NCBI GenBank assembly: GCA_902554325.1
Contig: CACDOH010000001.1
Coordinates: 68,135-132,134 of the forward strand
Length of the DNA: 64,000 bases
Direction of reading: 5' to 3'
Origin: an uncultured Pelagibacteraceae bacterium
Lineage (GTDB): Bacteria > Pseudomonadota > Alphaproteobacteria > Pelagibacterales > AG-422-B15
In this document: positions 40,746 through 50,853 of the stretch, in pieces
How the letters are laid out: every line of letters starts with the position of its first letter
Numbering within the stretch: position 1 is the stretch's first letter
Translations under genes and position numbers: made by a program
The notes under the pieces: generated by a model
Told to the model about the DNA's origin: nothing
The model's input: the letters and a program-made list of their open reading frames with translations, nothing else
Database searches by the model: none

Positions 40746-42579
40746 ATCTATTCAATAATCTTTTGATTGTTATCTCGTCCTCAATTTCCATAGATTTTAA
40801 AAGATTTTGATACAATAAGTCTAAATCAACTTTATCAATGAGTTCTAGCTTATCTTTAAAAATGCTTCCGTGCTCAGTATTAGAAAGATTATTATTAACA
40901 GATAATTCTTCGGTTATTTTTTCATAACTAGAAATACCAGTTATTTTTATTTCAATATCACCTTCAGGATTTTCATTATTTTTTTCACTTAAGCCTGAAA
41001 GACGAATAAGTCTTCGAGCTAGATCGATAATTTTAATTGGGCTTCCCATGTCTAATACGAAAATAGAACAATCATTTGACAACTCTGTAGATTGAAGAAT
41101 TAAATTTACTGCCTCAGTAATTGACATAAAATATCTTTCTACATCTTTACTGGTTACAGTAACAGGGCCTCCCATACTAATTTGCTGATTAAAAAGTGGA
41201 ATTACAGACCCAGAAGAGTTAAATACATTTCCGAATCTAACAATAGAAAATTTTGGACAAGTTAATTTCTTTTCTGAAAGGTCATTATAAACAGATTGTA
41301 TATATAATTCAGCAAGTCTTTTGCTGCAGCCCATTATTGTCTTAGGATTTACCGCTTTATCAGTAGATACAAAACAAAACCTTTCAATATTTCTCTCAGT
41401 AGCTATATCAACTAAATTTTTTGTCCCATAGAAATTATTTTCAACAGCCTCAAAAATATTTTCTTCAAGAATTGAAACATGCTTATATGCAGCTGCATGA
41501 AAAACATAATCTGGTTTATGTATTTTGAAAATACGTTCTAATTTTTTCTTATCCTTAATATTAACAAGCAGTGAACTAATAATTGTATCTTTATTATGTG
41601 CATCGTTTAAGTTGCTAATCTCTTTATTAATTGAATATAAGTTATATTCAGAATTATCCAACATTATCAATTTATTACAATCACTTGCGTAAATTTGCCT
41701 AACTAACTCAGATCCAATAGTACCACCAGCACCTGTGACAAGAATTTTTTTATTTTTAAAAAGATATTTAATATTAGTACCCCTCATTTTTTTTCTATTT
41801 ACTAGGTCTTCTAATGACAGAGGTTCTGAATAACTGCTTCTTAAATAGGCTTCTGTAATATTTTCTAGATTCGGAATTAACCTTATTCTCAAGTTATACT
41901 TTTCAAGTGATCTAATTATATTTCGTTTCGTATTTAAATCGTATTTATCTGAAATAATTACCTCATTAGGTGAATATTTTTTTATTAATGTATCTAGGTG
42001 CTTTGTATGTTTAATTGGCACGGTACTAATACTACTTTTATGATATTTTGAATCATCATCAATAAAAAATACAATTCGATTTAACTTCGTATTATTTAGT
42101 AAATTAAATAAATTTACTGAATTTTCAGTCACTCCATATAAAAAAATTGAGCTAGCTAAATGATTAGAATTTTCTCTAGATATATATGAAATGAAAGCCA
42201 ATCTAGAAATAATAACCATCATAAAAAATGATAGCGACTGAAATAATATAATTTGCCACTTAAGTAGATTGAATTCAATAATTTTAAGAAATATTAAGTT
42301 TAAAACTAAATATATAAAAAATGCATAGAGTATATTAACGATATTGTTAAAACTAAAATATCTAAATACTTGCTTATACAAACTAAAAATTGTGAATGAG
42401 ATAATAAAATTAATTATAAAAAATGAAAACACTACAATAATGTAAGGATTAAAGAATATAGATATTTCAAAGTACATGAGTACAGCAAAAGAAGTTGCAA
42501 TAATTGAAAGGACTACATCAAATGTTATCGCTAATAACTTTTTTTGTAATCTTGACAATGAATTAATAACGTTTTTCAT
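40738..42579 (-). CDS. Membrane-anchored UDP-GlcNAc 4,6-dehydratase (CapD/PglF/WbpM family)
   Basis: Four N-terminal TMs; TGAGGTIGSEL, HAAAYKHV, STDKAVNP, VRFGNV..SSGSV, RYFMSI.EA. Confidence 0.92.
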   Translation of the reverse strand: MKNVINSLSRLQKKLLAITFDVVLSIIATSFAVLMYFEISIFFNPYIIVVFSFFIINFIISFTIFSLYKQVFRYFSFNNIVNILYAFFIYLVLNLIFLKIIEFNLLKWQIILFQSLSFFMMVIISRLAFISYISRENSNHLASSIFLYGVTENSVNLFNLLNNTKLNRIVFFIDDDSKYHKSSISTVPIKHTKHLDTLIKKYSPNEVIISDKYDLNTKRNIIRSLEKYNLRIRLIPNLENITEAYLRSSYSEPLSLEDLVNRKKMRGTNIKYLFKNKKILVTGAGGTIGSELVRQIYASDCNKLIMLDNSEYNLYSINKEISNLNDAHNKDTIISSLLVNIKDKKKLERIFKIHKPDYVFHAAAYKHVSILEENIFEAVENNFYGTKNLVDIATERNIERFCFVSTDKAVNPKTIMGCSKRLAELYIQSVYNDLSEKKLTCPKFSIVRFGNVFNSSGSVIPLFNQQISMGGPVTVTSKDVERYFMSITEAVNLILQSTELSNDCSIFVLDMGSPIKIIDLARRLIRLSGLSEKNNENPEGDIEIKITGISSYEKITEELSVNNNLSNTEHGSIFKDKLELIDKVDLDLLYQNLLKSMEIEDEITIKRLLNRFN

Positions 42580-43140
42580 TTAGTGTTTGATATCAGAATT
42601 TTTAATAATTTTAAAAAAAGTTAAAAATAAAATATAAATGTCAAATTTTATTGATCTTCTCTTAATGTATTCAATATCTAACTCAACTTTCTCTTTAATA
42701 TTTAAGCTATCTCTTCCATTAACTTGTGCCCAACCAGTAATACCTGGCTTTATTTTATGTACATTAAATTTTGTTCTCAAAATTATTAAATCATTTTGAT
42801 TGAATAATGCCGGTCTAGGTCCCACTAAAGCAAGATCTCCTTTAATGATCGAAATAAGCTGAGGCAATTCGTCAAGACTGTACCTTCTTAAAAAAGAACC
42901 ACAAGGGGAAAATTTTAGATTTTTTTCATTAATTAAATGTGTAGCTAGCAAAGGAGTATCTTTAGCGAGAGTTCTAAATTTTGGCATTTTAAAAATTTTA
43001 TTATTCATTCCAATCCTATCAGACCAGAAAATAGGGGAGCCCTTTGTGGTTATGAAAACAAAAATATATATTAAAATGATAGGAGCTGTTAATATTAGAA
43101 CCAAAAAGATTACAAGTAATATTTCTATAAATTTATTCAT
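42580..43140 (-). CDS. Monotopic phosphoglycosyl transferase (PglC/WcaJ-like)
   Basis: KFRT, SLDELPQL, VGPRP, KPGITGWAQVNGR. Confidence 0.92.
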   Translation of the reverse strand: MNKFIEILLVIFLVLILTAPIILIYIFVFITTKGSPIFWSDRIGMNNKIFKMPKFRTLAKDTPLLATHLINEKNLKFSPCGSFLRRYSLDELPQLISIIKGDLALVGPRPALFNQNDLIILRTKFNVHKIKPGITGWAQVNGRDSLNIKEKVELDIEYIKRRSIKFDIYILFLTFFKIIKNSDIKH

Positions 43141-43144
43141 TAAT

Positions 43145-44272
43145 TCATATTTTATATAAATTTAGTTGTTTTGAATTAATCATATTAATATCAAATACTT
43201 TTTCAGAAAATATTCTTGCTTCTTTTCCCATCTTTATTCGCATATCTCTATTCAATATTAATAATTCAATCTTATCTACAAGATCATTAACATCATATAA
43301 TTCAACTAATAAACCCGTTTGATTAACCTTTATTGATTCATTACAACCTGCAACATTAGTTACAATACATGGCCTACCACATGCTGAAGCTTCTAAGATT
43401 GCTTTAGGCATACCTTCTCTATAGCTTGGTAAAACAATAATATGTGACTTGTGATAAATTGATAATGTGTCTTCAACGTGACCTCTCCAATTTATGATTT
43501 TTTTATTATTCCATTCATTTAATTTTTGAATAGGTATGGAACTAGGATTATGTCTATCAGGATCACCGTAGAGATTAAATTCAATACCAATATACTTTTT
43601 TTTTAGAATAATAGCTGCTTCAACAAACTCTCTAATACCCTTGTCATAAATCATTCTAGCAACTAATGATATATTTAAATTACCTTCAGATTCTCTTACA
43701 GGATAAAAATATTTTGTGTTTACCCCTGATCCTTTAATTAAAACTACATTTTTTCTTTTTAATTTTTTTCTTATAAAATTATTTACTATTTTTTGATCAT
43801 TACTATTTTGAACTATTATGAAAGAATCTTTTCTATTTATTGCTAAATTAAAGGAGATTGATAGGATTTTTCTTGCAATTTTGTTAATTAAATTTTTCTT
43901 TATGAATATGTAACCTAGGCCTGAAACAGCTAAGATTATTTTTTTTACACCAAGAAAATTAGCTAGAAACCCACAAATGATATTATTTTTATTTGAAACT
44001 GAATGAATAATATCAGGCTTAATTTTTAAAACGGTAGTTACAAAAGAAAAAACAGCAAAAATATCTTTTAAAATATTAAAACCTCTACTCAAATTACTCT
44101 CGTAAATTACAATACCTTCATTTTCAATGTATTTTTTGTAGTCTGTTATATTTGTCATTAAATGAACCTCGTAACCCTCAGATAATGCTTTTTTCGCAAG
44201 CTCTAATCTATGTGATAAGAAGCCCCTATCAGTATTCACATAATACAATAAAACGTACTTTCTTTCTTTCAT
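43145..44272 (-). CDS. GT4 glycosyltransferase (PglA/CapM-like)
   Basis: FLSHR..LA, SGLG, GSGV, R...DKG..EF, LPSYREG.PK..LEA. Confidence 0.88.
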   Translation of the reverse strand: MKERKYVLLYYVNTDRGFLSHRLELAKKALSEGYEVHLMTNITDYKKYIENEGIVIYESNLSRGFNILKDIFAVFSFVTTVLKIKPDIIHSVSNKNNIICGFLANFLGVKKIILAVSGLGYIFIKKNLINKIARKILSISFNLAINRKDSFIIVQNSNDQKIVNNFIRKKLKRKNVVLIKGSGVNTKYFYPVRESEGNLNISLVARMIYDKGIREFVEAAIILKKKYIGIEFNLYGDPDRHNPSSIPIQKLNEWNNKKIINWRGHVEDTLSIYHKSHIIVLPSYREGMPKAILEASACGRPCIVTNVAGCNESIKVNQTGLLVELYDVNDLVDKIELLILNRDMRIKMGKEARIFSEKVFDINMINSKQLNLYKI

Positions 44273-44319
44273 AGCTAATTCAATTTAAATATCAGTTTAT
44301 TTAATAATAATTAAACTAT

Positions 44320-45615
44320 TTATAGTTGCGAAATTTTAACATTATTTTTTTTAGCATCAACGACACTTAAATTTGATTGAATATCGTAAAGTATGCCAGA
44401 GGTATTCAAAAGTTTTTTGTATTTTAAAATTTTATATTTTTTTAATTCTTTATGAGATACGCCATAAATTATTGCATCCGAATCATTTGGAAGTTCATTC
44501 CATTTATAAAGCTTTATTTTGTGAGAACGGTAAATATCTTCTTTATTAATGTAAGGATCATAAGCGAATATATTAATATTATAAGATCTTAAATAATTAT
44601 ACACTTCTATCATTTTAGAATTTCTTATATCTGATACGTTTTCCTTGAATGTAAGTCCTAAAATTATAATTTTTGACTCGCTAAATTTAAGATTGTTTTT
44701 TGCTAGCTCATTAACTACTTTACTCGCTACGTGGAGGGGCATTCTGTCATTAATTTTTCTTCCAGATTGGATTACCTCTGTATGAATACCCAGCTCAGAA
44801 GCTTTATAAACCAAATAATAAGGATCTACTCCTATGCAATGTCCACCAACTAGACCAGGCTTAAAGCGCTGAAAATTCCATTTTGTTGAAGCCGCTTCTA
44901 ATACTTGTGAGGTATTTATGCCCATCTTTTCAAAAATCAAAGAAAGCTCATTCATCAAAGCAATATTTATATCTCTTTGGGTATTTTCAATTACCTTGGC
45001 TGCTTCAGCAACTTTAATACTTTCAGCTTCATATACTCCCACTTTGATTATTTTTTTGTAGATTTTAGAAATTATTTGTAAAGTACTTGGTGTGTCTCCT
45101 GATACTACTTTAATAATATTAGTCAGGGTTTTCTTTTTATCTCCTGGATTTATTCTTTCCGGGCTGTAACCCACAAAAAAATCTTTCTTCCATTTAAACT
45201 TTGAGGATTTTTCTAATAGTGGTACACATACTTCCTCAGTCACGCCAGGATATACGGTAGACTCATACACTACAATGCATTTCTTTTTCATTACTTTTCC
45301 AACCAATAAAGAACTATTTTGTAAATAACTTAGATCAGGTTTTCTAGATTTATCTATTGGAGTGGGAACGGTAATTATAATTATATTTGCTTTTGAGAGT
45401 GTCTTTGAAGAGTTTGTAAAAGTTAAATTCTTTGATTTATAAAATTCTTTTGAAGCAACCTCTTTATTTGGATCAAGCTTTTTCTTATAACTACTTATTT
45501 TAGTTTTAGCTAAATCAAATCCGATTGTTTGAAAATATTTACCAAATTCAATCGCAAGGGGTAGTCCTACATACCCTAGTCCAACAATTGCAATTTTGAT
45601 TTTTGCTTTCATCAT
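44320..45615 (-). CDS. UDP-N-acetylhexosamine 6-dehydrogenase (TviB/WbpO/WbpA family)
   Basis: GLGYVGLPLA, ESTVYPG, YSPERINPGD, AEAAKVIENTQRD, PGLVGGHCIGVDPYYL. Confidence 0.92.
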   Translation of the reverse strand: MMKAKIKIAIVGLGYVGLPLAIEFGKYFQTIGFDLAKTKISSYKKKLDPNKEVASKEFYKSKNLTFTNSSKTLSKANIIIITVPTPIDKSRKPDLSYLQNSSLLVGKVMKKKCIVVYESTVYPGVTEEVCVPLLEKSSKFKWKKDFFVGYSPERINPGDKKKTLTNIIKVVSGDTPSTLQIISKIYKKIIKVGVYEAESIKVAEAAKVIENTQRDINIALMNELSLIFEKMGINTSQVLEAASTKWNFQRFKPGLVGGHCIGVDPYYLVYKASELGIHTEVIQSGRKINDRMPLHVASKVVNELAKNNLKFSESKIIILGLTFKENVSDIRNSKMIEVYNYLRSYNINIFAYDPYINKEDIYRSHKIKLYKWNELPNDSDAIIYGVSHKELKKYKILKYKKLLNTSGILYDIQSNLSVVDAKKNNVKISQL

Positions 45616-45618
45616 TTT

Positions 45619-47520
45619 TTACTTGTTATATTCTAACCATAATTGAAATACAATTATATTCCATAGAAAGTAATGCCAATTTTTTTTGCCTGATAGATGT
45701 TCATTCCATTTAGAGATCACAATTTCCGAATTGAAATATTCTTCTTTGTGATTTATTGCAGAATATATTTTTTCACTAGCAAATTCTTTTAGTGGACCTC
45801 TCAACCAATTTGCAATTGGAACAGCAAATCCCATTTTAGGTCTATTAATTAAATTATTTGGAATATAATCTGAAAGTAGTTCCTTTAAAATAATTTTTGA
45901 CCTACCTCGATTTACTTTTTTTTCAACTGGCAAGCTCCAAGCAAACTCAATTACTTTTTTATCTAAAAAAGGAATTCGCGTTTCTAAACCCACTGACATA
46001 GATGCTCTATCTACTTTACATAAAATATCATCTGTCAAATAAATCTTTGAATCAAAATACATCATTTTTTCGATTATATTTGATACATTTTCCGGGATTT
46101 GATATTTCGAAATTATGTCATTTCTTTCGTTAGAATTTAAAACAATATTTTGCTTTTGATAATCAATATAATTATACAAAAGATTTTGGTATAACTGATC
46201 AAAATCATCTTTATCTAAAAGAAAAGATAATTTATTAAGTTTATCTGATAGTTGGTAGTTTTGGTTTATTAAACCTGAAAAAATTCCAATGTCTTCAATT
46301 TTTCCGACTACATTGCCTGATAATTTTCTAAGTGTATAAGCAAGAATTTTCCTAATTTTTAATGGCATGGATAGAATTCTTGAGGACCATATATATCTAT
46401 TATAACCTCCAAATAATTCATCACCACCATCACCTGATAAAGCAACGGTTACTTTACTTCTTGCAAATTTTGATAATAAATAAGTTACAAGCTGAGACGA
46501 GTCAGAAAATGGCTCATCATATATTTCTGGAATAAGTTGGATTATATCTTGTATGTGTTTATATCCAATTTTAACTTCACTATGATTTGATCCAATTGTA
46601 TTTGCAATTTCTCTAGCATATAATGACTCGTCAAATCTTTTGTCCTCAAATCCAATTGTAAACGTATTAATCCTATTAGGTGAGGTTTCTTGCATCAAAC
46701 AAGAAATTAGCGAAGAGTCTATCCCTCCAGACAAAAACGATCCAATAGGCACATCTGATAATTGTTGTTTGGTAATACTTTCAATCAATATTTCTTTTAA
46801 TCTTAATTTACTATCTATATGAGTCGTTATCTTTCTTGATGAAATAATAGATTTTAAGTCGTAATATTGGAATGTTCTCGGACTTAATTCATTATAAAGC
46901 TGTAAGTTGAGAAGATATCCTGGCTTTAATTTGTAAATTTTTTTATATATCGAATAAGGACATTCAATATATCCAGATTTTATAAAAGAAGATAATGAAT
47001 TTCGATTAATTTTTAAGTCTAAACCTTGTATCGCTTTAAATGCTTTTAATTCAGATGCAAAAAAGAATTTATTGTTTAAATGGCCATAGTAGAGTGGTTT
47101 TTGACCTAATGGGTCTCTGACAAGAAATAGTTGATCTTTTTTTTTGTCATATAATGCAAAGGCGAACATTCCTTCTATTTTTTTTAAAGTTTGCTCTAAT
47201 CCAAAATATTGAATACTTTCGATAAGCGTTTCAGTATCAGTAGAACTATTCCATTTTATTGGAATATTTTTCCTAATTTCGCGATGATTATAAATTTCAC
47301 CATTAAATACAATTGTATATCTACCACTCTGTGATTGCATTGGCTGCCTTCCATTTTGTGATAAATCAATAATTGAAAGTCGAGTATGCGCAAATCCAAT
47401 ATAATCAGATTTCCAAATTCCCTCATCATCAGGACCACGATGAGATAAAATTTTATTCATTTTAATTAACGTGTCTGGATCTACACCTTTTTGATCATAG
47501 TACCCTGCTATACCACACAT
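45619..47520 (-). CDS. asnB: Asparagine synthase-like glutamine amidotransferase (glycan-cluster type)
   Basis: MCGIAG, HRGPD, RLSIID, NGEIYN, LSGGIDSS, SGDGGDELFGGY, KVDRASM, RPKMGF. Confidence 0.92.
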   Translation of the reverse strand: MCGIAGYYDQKGVDPDTLIKMNKILSHRGPDDEGIWKSDYIGFAHTRLSIIDLSQNGRQPMQSQSGRYTIVFNGEIYNHREIRKNIPIKWNSSTDTETLIESIQYFGLEQTLKKIEGMFAFALYDKKKDQLFLVRDPLGQKPLYYGHLNNKFFFASELKAFKAIQGLDLKINRNSLSSFIKSGYIECPYSIYKKIYKLKPGYLLNLQLYNELSPRTFQYYDLKSIISSRKITTHIDSKLRLKEILIESITKQQLSDVPIGSFLSGGIDSSLISCLMQETSPNRINTFTIGFEDKRFDESLYAREIANTIGSNHSEVKIGYKHIQDIIQLIPEIYDEPFSDSSQLVTYLLSKFARSKVTVALSGDGGDELFGGYNRYIWSSRILSMPLKIRKILAYTLRKLSGNVVGKIEDIGIFSGLINQNYQLSDKLNKLSFLLDKDDFDQLYQNLLYNYIDYQKQNIVLNSNERNDIISKYQIPENVSNIIEKMMYFDSKIYLTDDILCKVDRASMSVGLETRIPFLDKKVIEFAWSLPVEKKVNRGRSKIILKELLSDYIPNNLINRPKMGFAVPIANWLRGPLKEFASEKIYSAINHKEEYFNSEIVISKWNEHLSGKKNWHYFLWNIIVFQLWLEYNK

Positions 47521-47535
47521 AACTTTTAATAATCT

Positions 47536-48687
47536 TTAAATTCCCCAAATTTTAGAATATTTATCTACCATTTCTTCCATTGAGTATTGTTTTTTAATAT
47601 GATCAATAGAATTAATTTTTTTTCTATTCCAATCATCCTGATTGCTCATTTCACTTATAGATCGACGCATAGCGTCGACAAGTTGAGAGACAGTATTTTC
47701 TTGTATTATAAATCCAAAATCACCAACTATTTGTAATGCATCTCCTGAATTTGTTGCAATACATGGGGTTCCACATGCCATTGCTTCACATAGAATATTT
47801 GGAAATCCCTCTCCTCTTTTAGCGCATAATATATTGATATCGGCAGAGTTGTACAGCGTCTCTATTTTATCAATTTCACCTAGCAAATATATATTTTTTT
47901 TACTCTTTATATTATTTATTTCATTTAAAAGTGAATTATTCTTCTCATCAATATTGGTTCCTGCCATAAATAAATAACACGTAGTTTTAATGTCGTTGGA
48001 AAGTATATTGAACGCTTTTAAAACTGTTAAATGGTCTTTTTGTGGACTCCATCTTGCAACCATCGAAAATAAAATACTGGATTCATCAATTGCATATTGC
48101 TTTCTGAAAAGTGTCCTTAATTTTAATTGATTTTTGAATATTTCAATGTCTACACCATTATTAATTGTAATAAATTTGCCTGATTTATAACCTATATTTT
48201 TATGCATTCTAGTTGCAGAGTTCGAGCAAGATATTATTTTAAATGGTACTATATAAGAAAATATAGCAAGAAAGGATATAATTAATTTTGTGGAAGTTTT
48301 TAGTTCTTTTGAACCATTCCTTATTCCCCAGAAAATTTTTGTAAAGGGAAATATAATCTTTAAAAAAATACTTAAGAAGTCTGCATGATACATCCATGTT
48401 TGTATGACTTTTGGTTTTAATTGTGAAATTAAGTAAATTATTTTAATAAATTTTATTATAAAATTTAATTTATTTATTTTACAGTTGTATAAACTTATTC
48501 CTTCCTTTTCTATTTTTTCTGAAAAAAATTGTTTGGTTGACAAATTAATTATAAATATTTTTTTGTTTTTCAGATTTTTACTCAAATTAAATAGAGTTTT
48601 TTCGGACCCCCCTAGCGCTAAACTTGAGGTTATAAAAACTGTTTCAACTTGCTTTAGGTTGTTGGAAATTTTAGAAAAGTCTTTCAA
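47536..48687 (-). CDS. GT4 glycosyltransferase (start uncertain; TTG 48687 chosen to minimise overlap)
   Basis: GGSE, TWMYHAD, NGVD, R..PQKD, EGFPN.L.EAMACG. Confidence 0.85.
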   Translation of the reverse strand: MKDFSKISNNLKQVETVFITSSLALGGSEKTLFNLSKNLKNKKIFIINLSTKQFFSEKIEKEGISLYNCKINKLNFIIKFIKIIYLISQLKPKVIQTWMYHADFLSIFLKIIFPFTKIFWGIRNGSKELKTSTKLIISFLAIFSYIVPFKIISCSNSATRMHKNIGYKSGKFITINNGVDIEIFKNQLKLRTLFRKQYAIDESSILFSMVARWSPQKDHLTVLKAFNILSNDIKTTCYLFMAGTNIDEKNNSLLNEINNIKSKKNIYLLGEIDKIETLYNSADINILCAKRGEGFPNILCEAMACGTPCIATNSGDALQIVGDFGFIIQENTVSQLVDAMRRSISEMSNQDDWNRKKINSIDHIKKQYSMEEMVDKYSKIWGI

Positions 48688-49762
48688 ATTGCTGCCCAAT
48701 ATTTTCAAAAGAGTATTGTAATTTAAACTCACTTAATAGATTTATTTTAATCTTACTTGATACAATTTGATCAATTTTGGCCGCAAAAACTGAACTATCA
48801 TTTGTATCAATTGTATATCCACATTTATTGTTATTTAAAAGTTCTTCAACACCACTTATTGCTCTCAAAGCTAGTATTGGTGTTTCCAAAGCTATTGATT
48901 CTAAAACTGCATTAGGCAGTCCTTCTACAACTGAAGTAGATAATGAGAGCACCGCTTTAGAAACTATCGCATGAGGGTTTTTTACATGGCCCATAAGTAT
49001 TACCTTATTTTGAATTCCCAGCTTATTTATTTGTTTTAAAATATTATTTCTTTCACTCCCCTCGCCTAGTATTAAGAGTTTTAAGTCTTTAGTTTCAATT
49101 TTGCTAAAAGACTCAATTAAAAATTTAATATTCTTTTCAGGTGATAGTCTAGAAACCGCAACTGCATACTTCTTTGGTATTATTTTATTTGCATCTACAT
49201 TTTTACTTGCTTCAATGTTTAATGCATTAAAATCAATCGGATTGTAAATTTTTTCTATCTTATCTCTAAAGTTAGGATAAGAAGACAGAAAGTCAATTCT
49301 AACATCCTCTGCAGGACAAATTATTTTTTTTGATTTTTTATACAAAATTGGCGTTAAATATTTTATAACATATTTTTTAAGGAGAGGCTCTGTATCAATA
49401 AGTAAGTTATAACATGTAGATTCTCTTAGAAAAAAATCACTTTGATTAAATGTTATTAACTTTGCAACCAAAACAATTAAGTTTATATGTCTTTGCGACG
49501 ATATGACTGAGTTATGCCTATTTTTTACAAAATACTTAAATAAATCAAGCAAACAATAGAGCGATCTGGATTTACCAAAGATAATAACATTTACTTTACT
49601 ATCTATTTTAACTTTTTTTTTGTCATTACTTAATATGATTAAGTCTACTGCGTAACCCAATTGAGAAAATAAATTTGCAAAATTACAAAGTACTCTTTCA
49701 GACCCACCTCCACTATAAGCGTGATTAATAATAGTAACTTTTTTCTTTTTAATAAAACTCAT
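48671..49762 (-). CDS. GT4 glycosyltransferase (PglJ-like)
   Basis: GGGSERV, IYNP, RL..EKN, G.V.NP, EGLPNAVLES. Confidence 0.85.
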   Translation of the reverse strand: MSFIKKKKVTIINHAYSGGGSERVLCNFANLFSQLGYAVDLIILSNDKKKVKIDSKVNVIIFGKSRSLYCLLDLFKYFVKNRHNSVISSQRHINLIVLVAKLITFNQSDFFLRESTCYNLLIDTEPLLKKYVIKYLTPILYKKSKKIICPAEDVRIDFLSSYPNFRDKIEKIYNPIDFNALNIEASKNVDANKIIPKKYAVAVSRLSPEKNIKFLIESFSKIETKDLKLLILGEGSERNNILKQINKLGIQNKVILMGHVKNPHAIVSKAVLSLSTSVVEGLPNAVLESIALETPILALRAISGVEELLNNNKCGYTIDTNDSSVFAAKIDQIVSSKIKINLLSEFKLQYSFENIGQQFERLF

Positions 49763-50853
49763 ATTTGAATGTCAAATTGGTTTTTTATCATCTTTGAAAA
49801 AAAATTATAAAAATATTCATCTTTATTCAAAAAGTTTTTTTTATCATTATAAACATAATCTTGTTTCATAATTAATTTAATTTGGCGTTTCATTTCAAAG
49901 AAATCTCTATCTTTAAATATTAATCCACTTTTTCCAGGTATAATATATTCACAAGTCCCACATGTTGAGGAGCATATTACAGGTATATCATTTGCAAGTG
50001 CTTCAATCACCGAAATGCTCGCTGGCTCAGCAGTTGCTGGCAAGATAAAGAGGTCGGTCTTATTATAGAAATTGTTTATATTTTTATGTGGTATATTAAT
50101 ATAAATTCTCAATCGTGAGTCTTTTTCGCTAAAATCGTATTTTACAAGAGCTTTATTTAAGTTCTCAAAGTGCTCTGGAGTAAAAACTTCACTGACTATG
50201 TCTAATTTTACATTTTTACCTTCATTGATTAATTCCTCAATGATTTCAATCAATTCAATGAGGTTTTTACGTTTAGTAAATTTACCAATAGTAAGAATTC
50301 GAAAATATTTTTTGTCATTTTTCTTAAGGTTATATTTTTTTGCAATGAATGGTACATAATATGTATTCTTTAATTTATTTAATCCCTCAGATTCCATTCC
50401 TTTAATAGGAGAAATAAAGGCAGGGTTAAATAAGATGCATACAATATTATGCAATAACTTTCTTCTAAAATTAAATTTATTATAAATTTTGTTCTGTGAG
50501 TAAACGACTATCTTTGTATTCATAAACTTTGAAAGAAATAATGCAAGAATAGAAAACCAGCGACTTAAGTCTCTAATTATAATAATTTCAGGATTTAATT
50601 TCTTAAAGTATTTAATAAAAATAATAATTTCTGGAAATCCTCTTTTTAAATTCTGACCACCGTCTCCAAATATGAAATTTATGATTTTAGAAAATATGGA
50701 AAGCTTAAACTTTATTGGCGTTATCAATGAATGGTCTTCAGTTTCATGTGATAAAAGAGTACTCATAAATATTTCATGTTTATTTTCTTGTAAGGTCCTG
50801 ATCCACTCAACCATATTCGTATGAAATCTAGGAGCTATAAATAATATTCTCAT
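49759..50853 (-). CDS. GT4 glycosyltransferase (start moved to ATG 50853, MRILFIAPRFH)
   Basis: GKF..RKN and EPASISVIEA; ATGA overlap with the upstream gene supports this start. Confidence 0.8.
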   Translation of the reverse strand: MRILFIAPRFHTNMVEWIRTLQENKHEIFMSTLLSHETEDHSLITPIKFKLSIFSKIINFIFGDGGQNLKRGFPEIIIFIKYFKKLNPEIIIIRDLSRWFSILALFLSKFMNTKIVVYSQNKIYNKFNFRRKLLHNIVCILFNPAFISPIKGMESEGLNKLKNTYYVPFIAKKYNLKKNDKKYFRILTIGKFTKRKNLIELIEIIEELINEGKNVKLDIVSEVFTPEHFENLNKALVKYDFSEKDSRLRIYINIPHKNINNFYNKTDLFILPATAEPASISVIEALANDIPVICSSTCGTCEYIIPGKSGLIFKDRDFFEMKRQIKLIMKQDYVYNDKKNFLNKDEYFYNFFSKMIKNQFDIQI

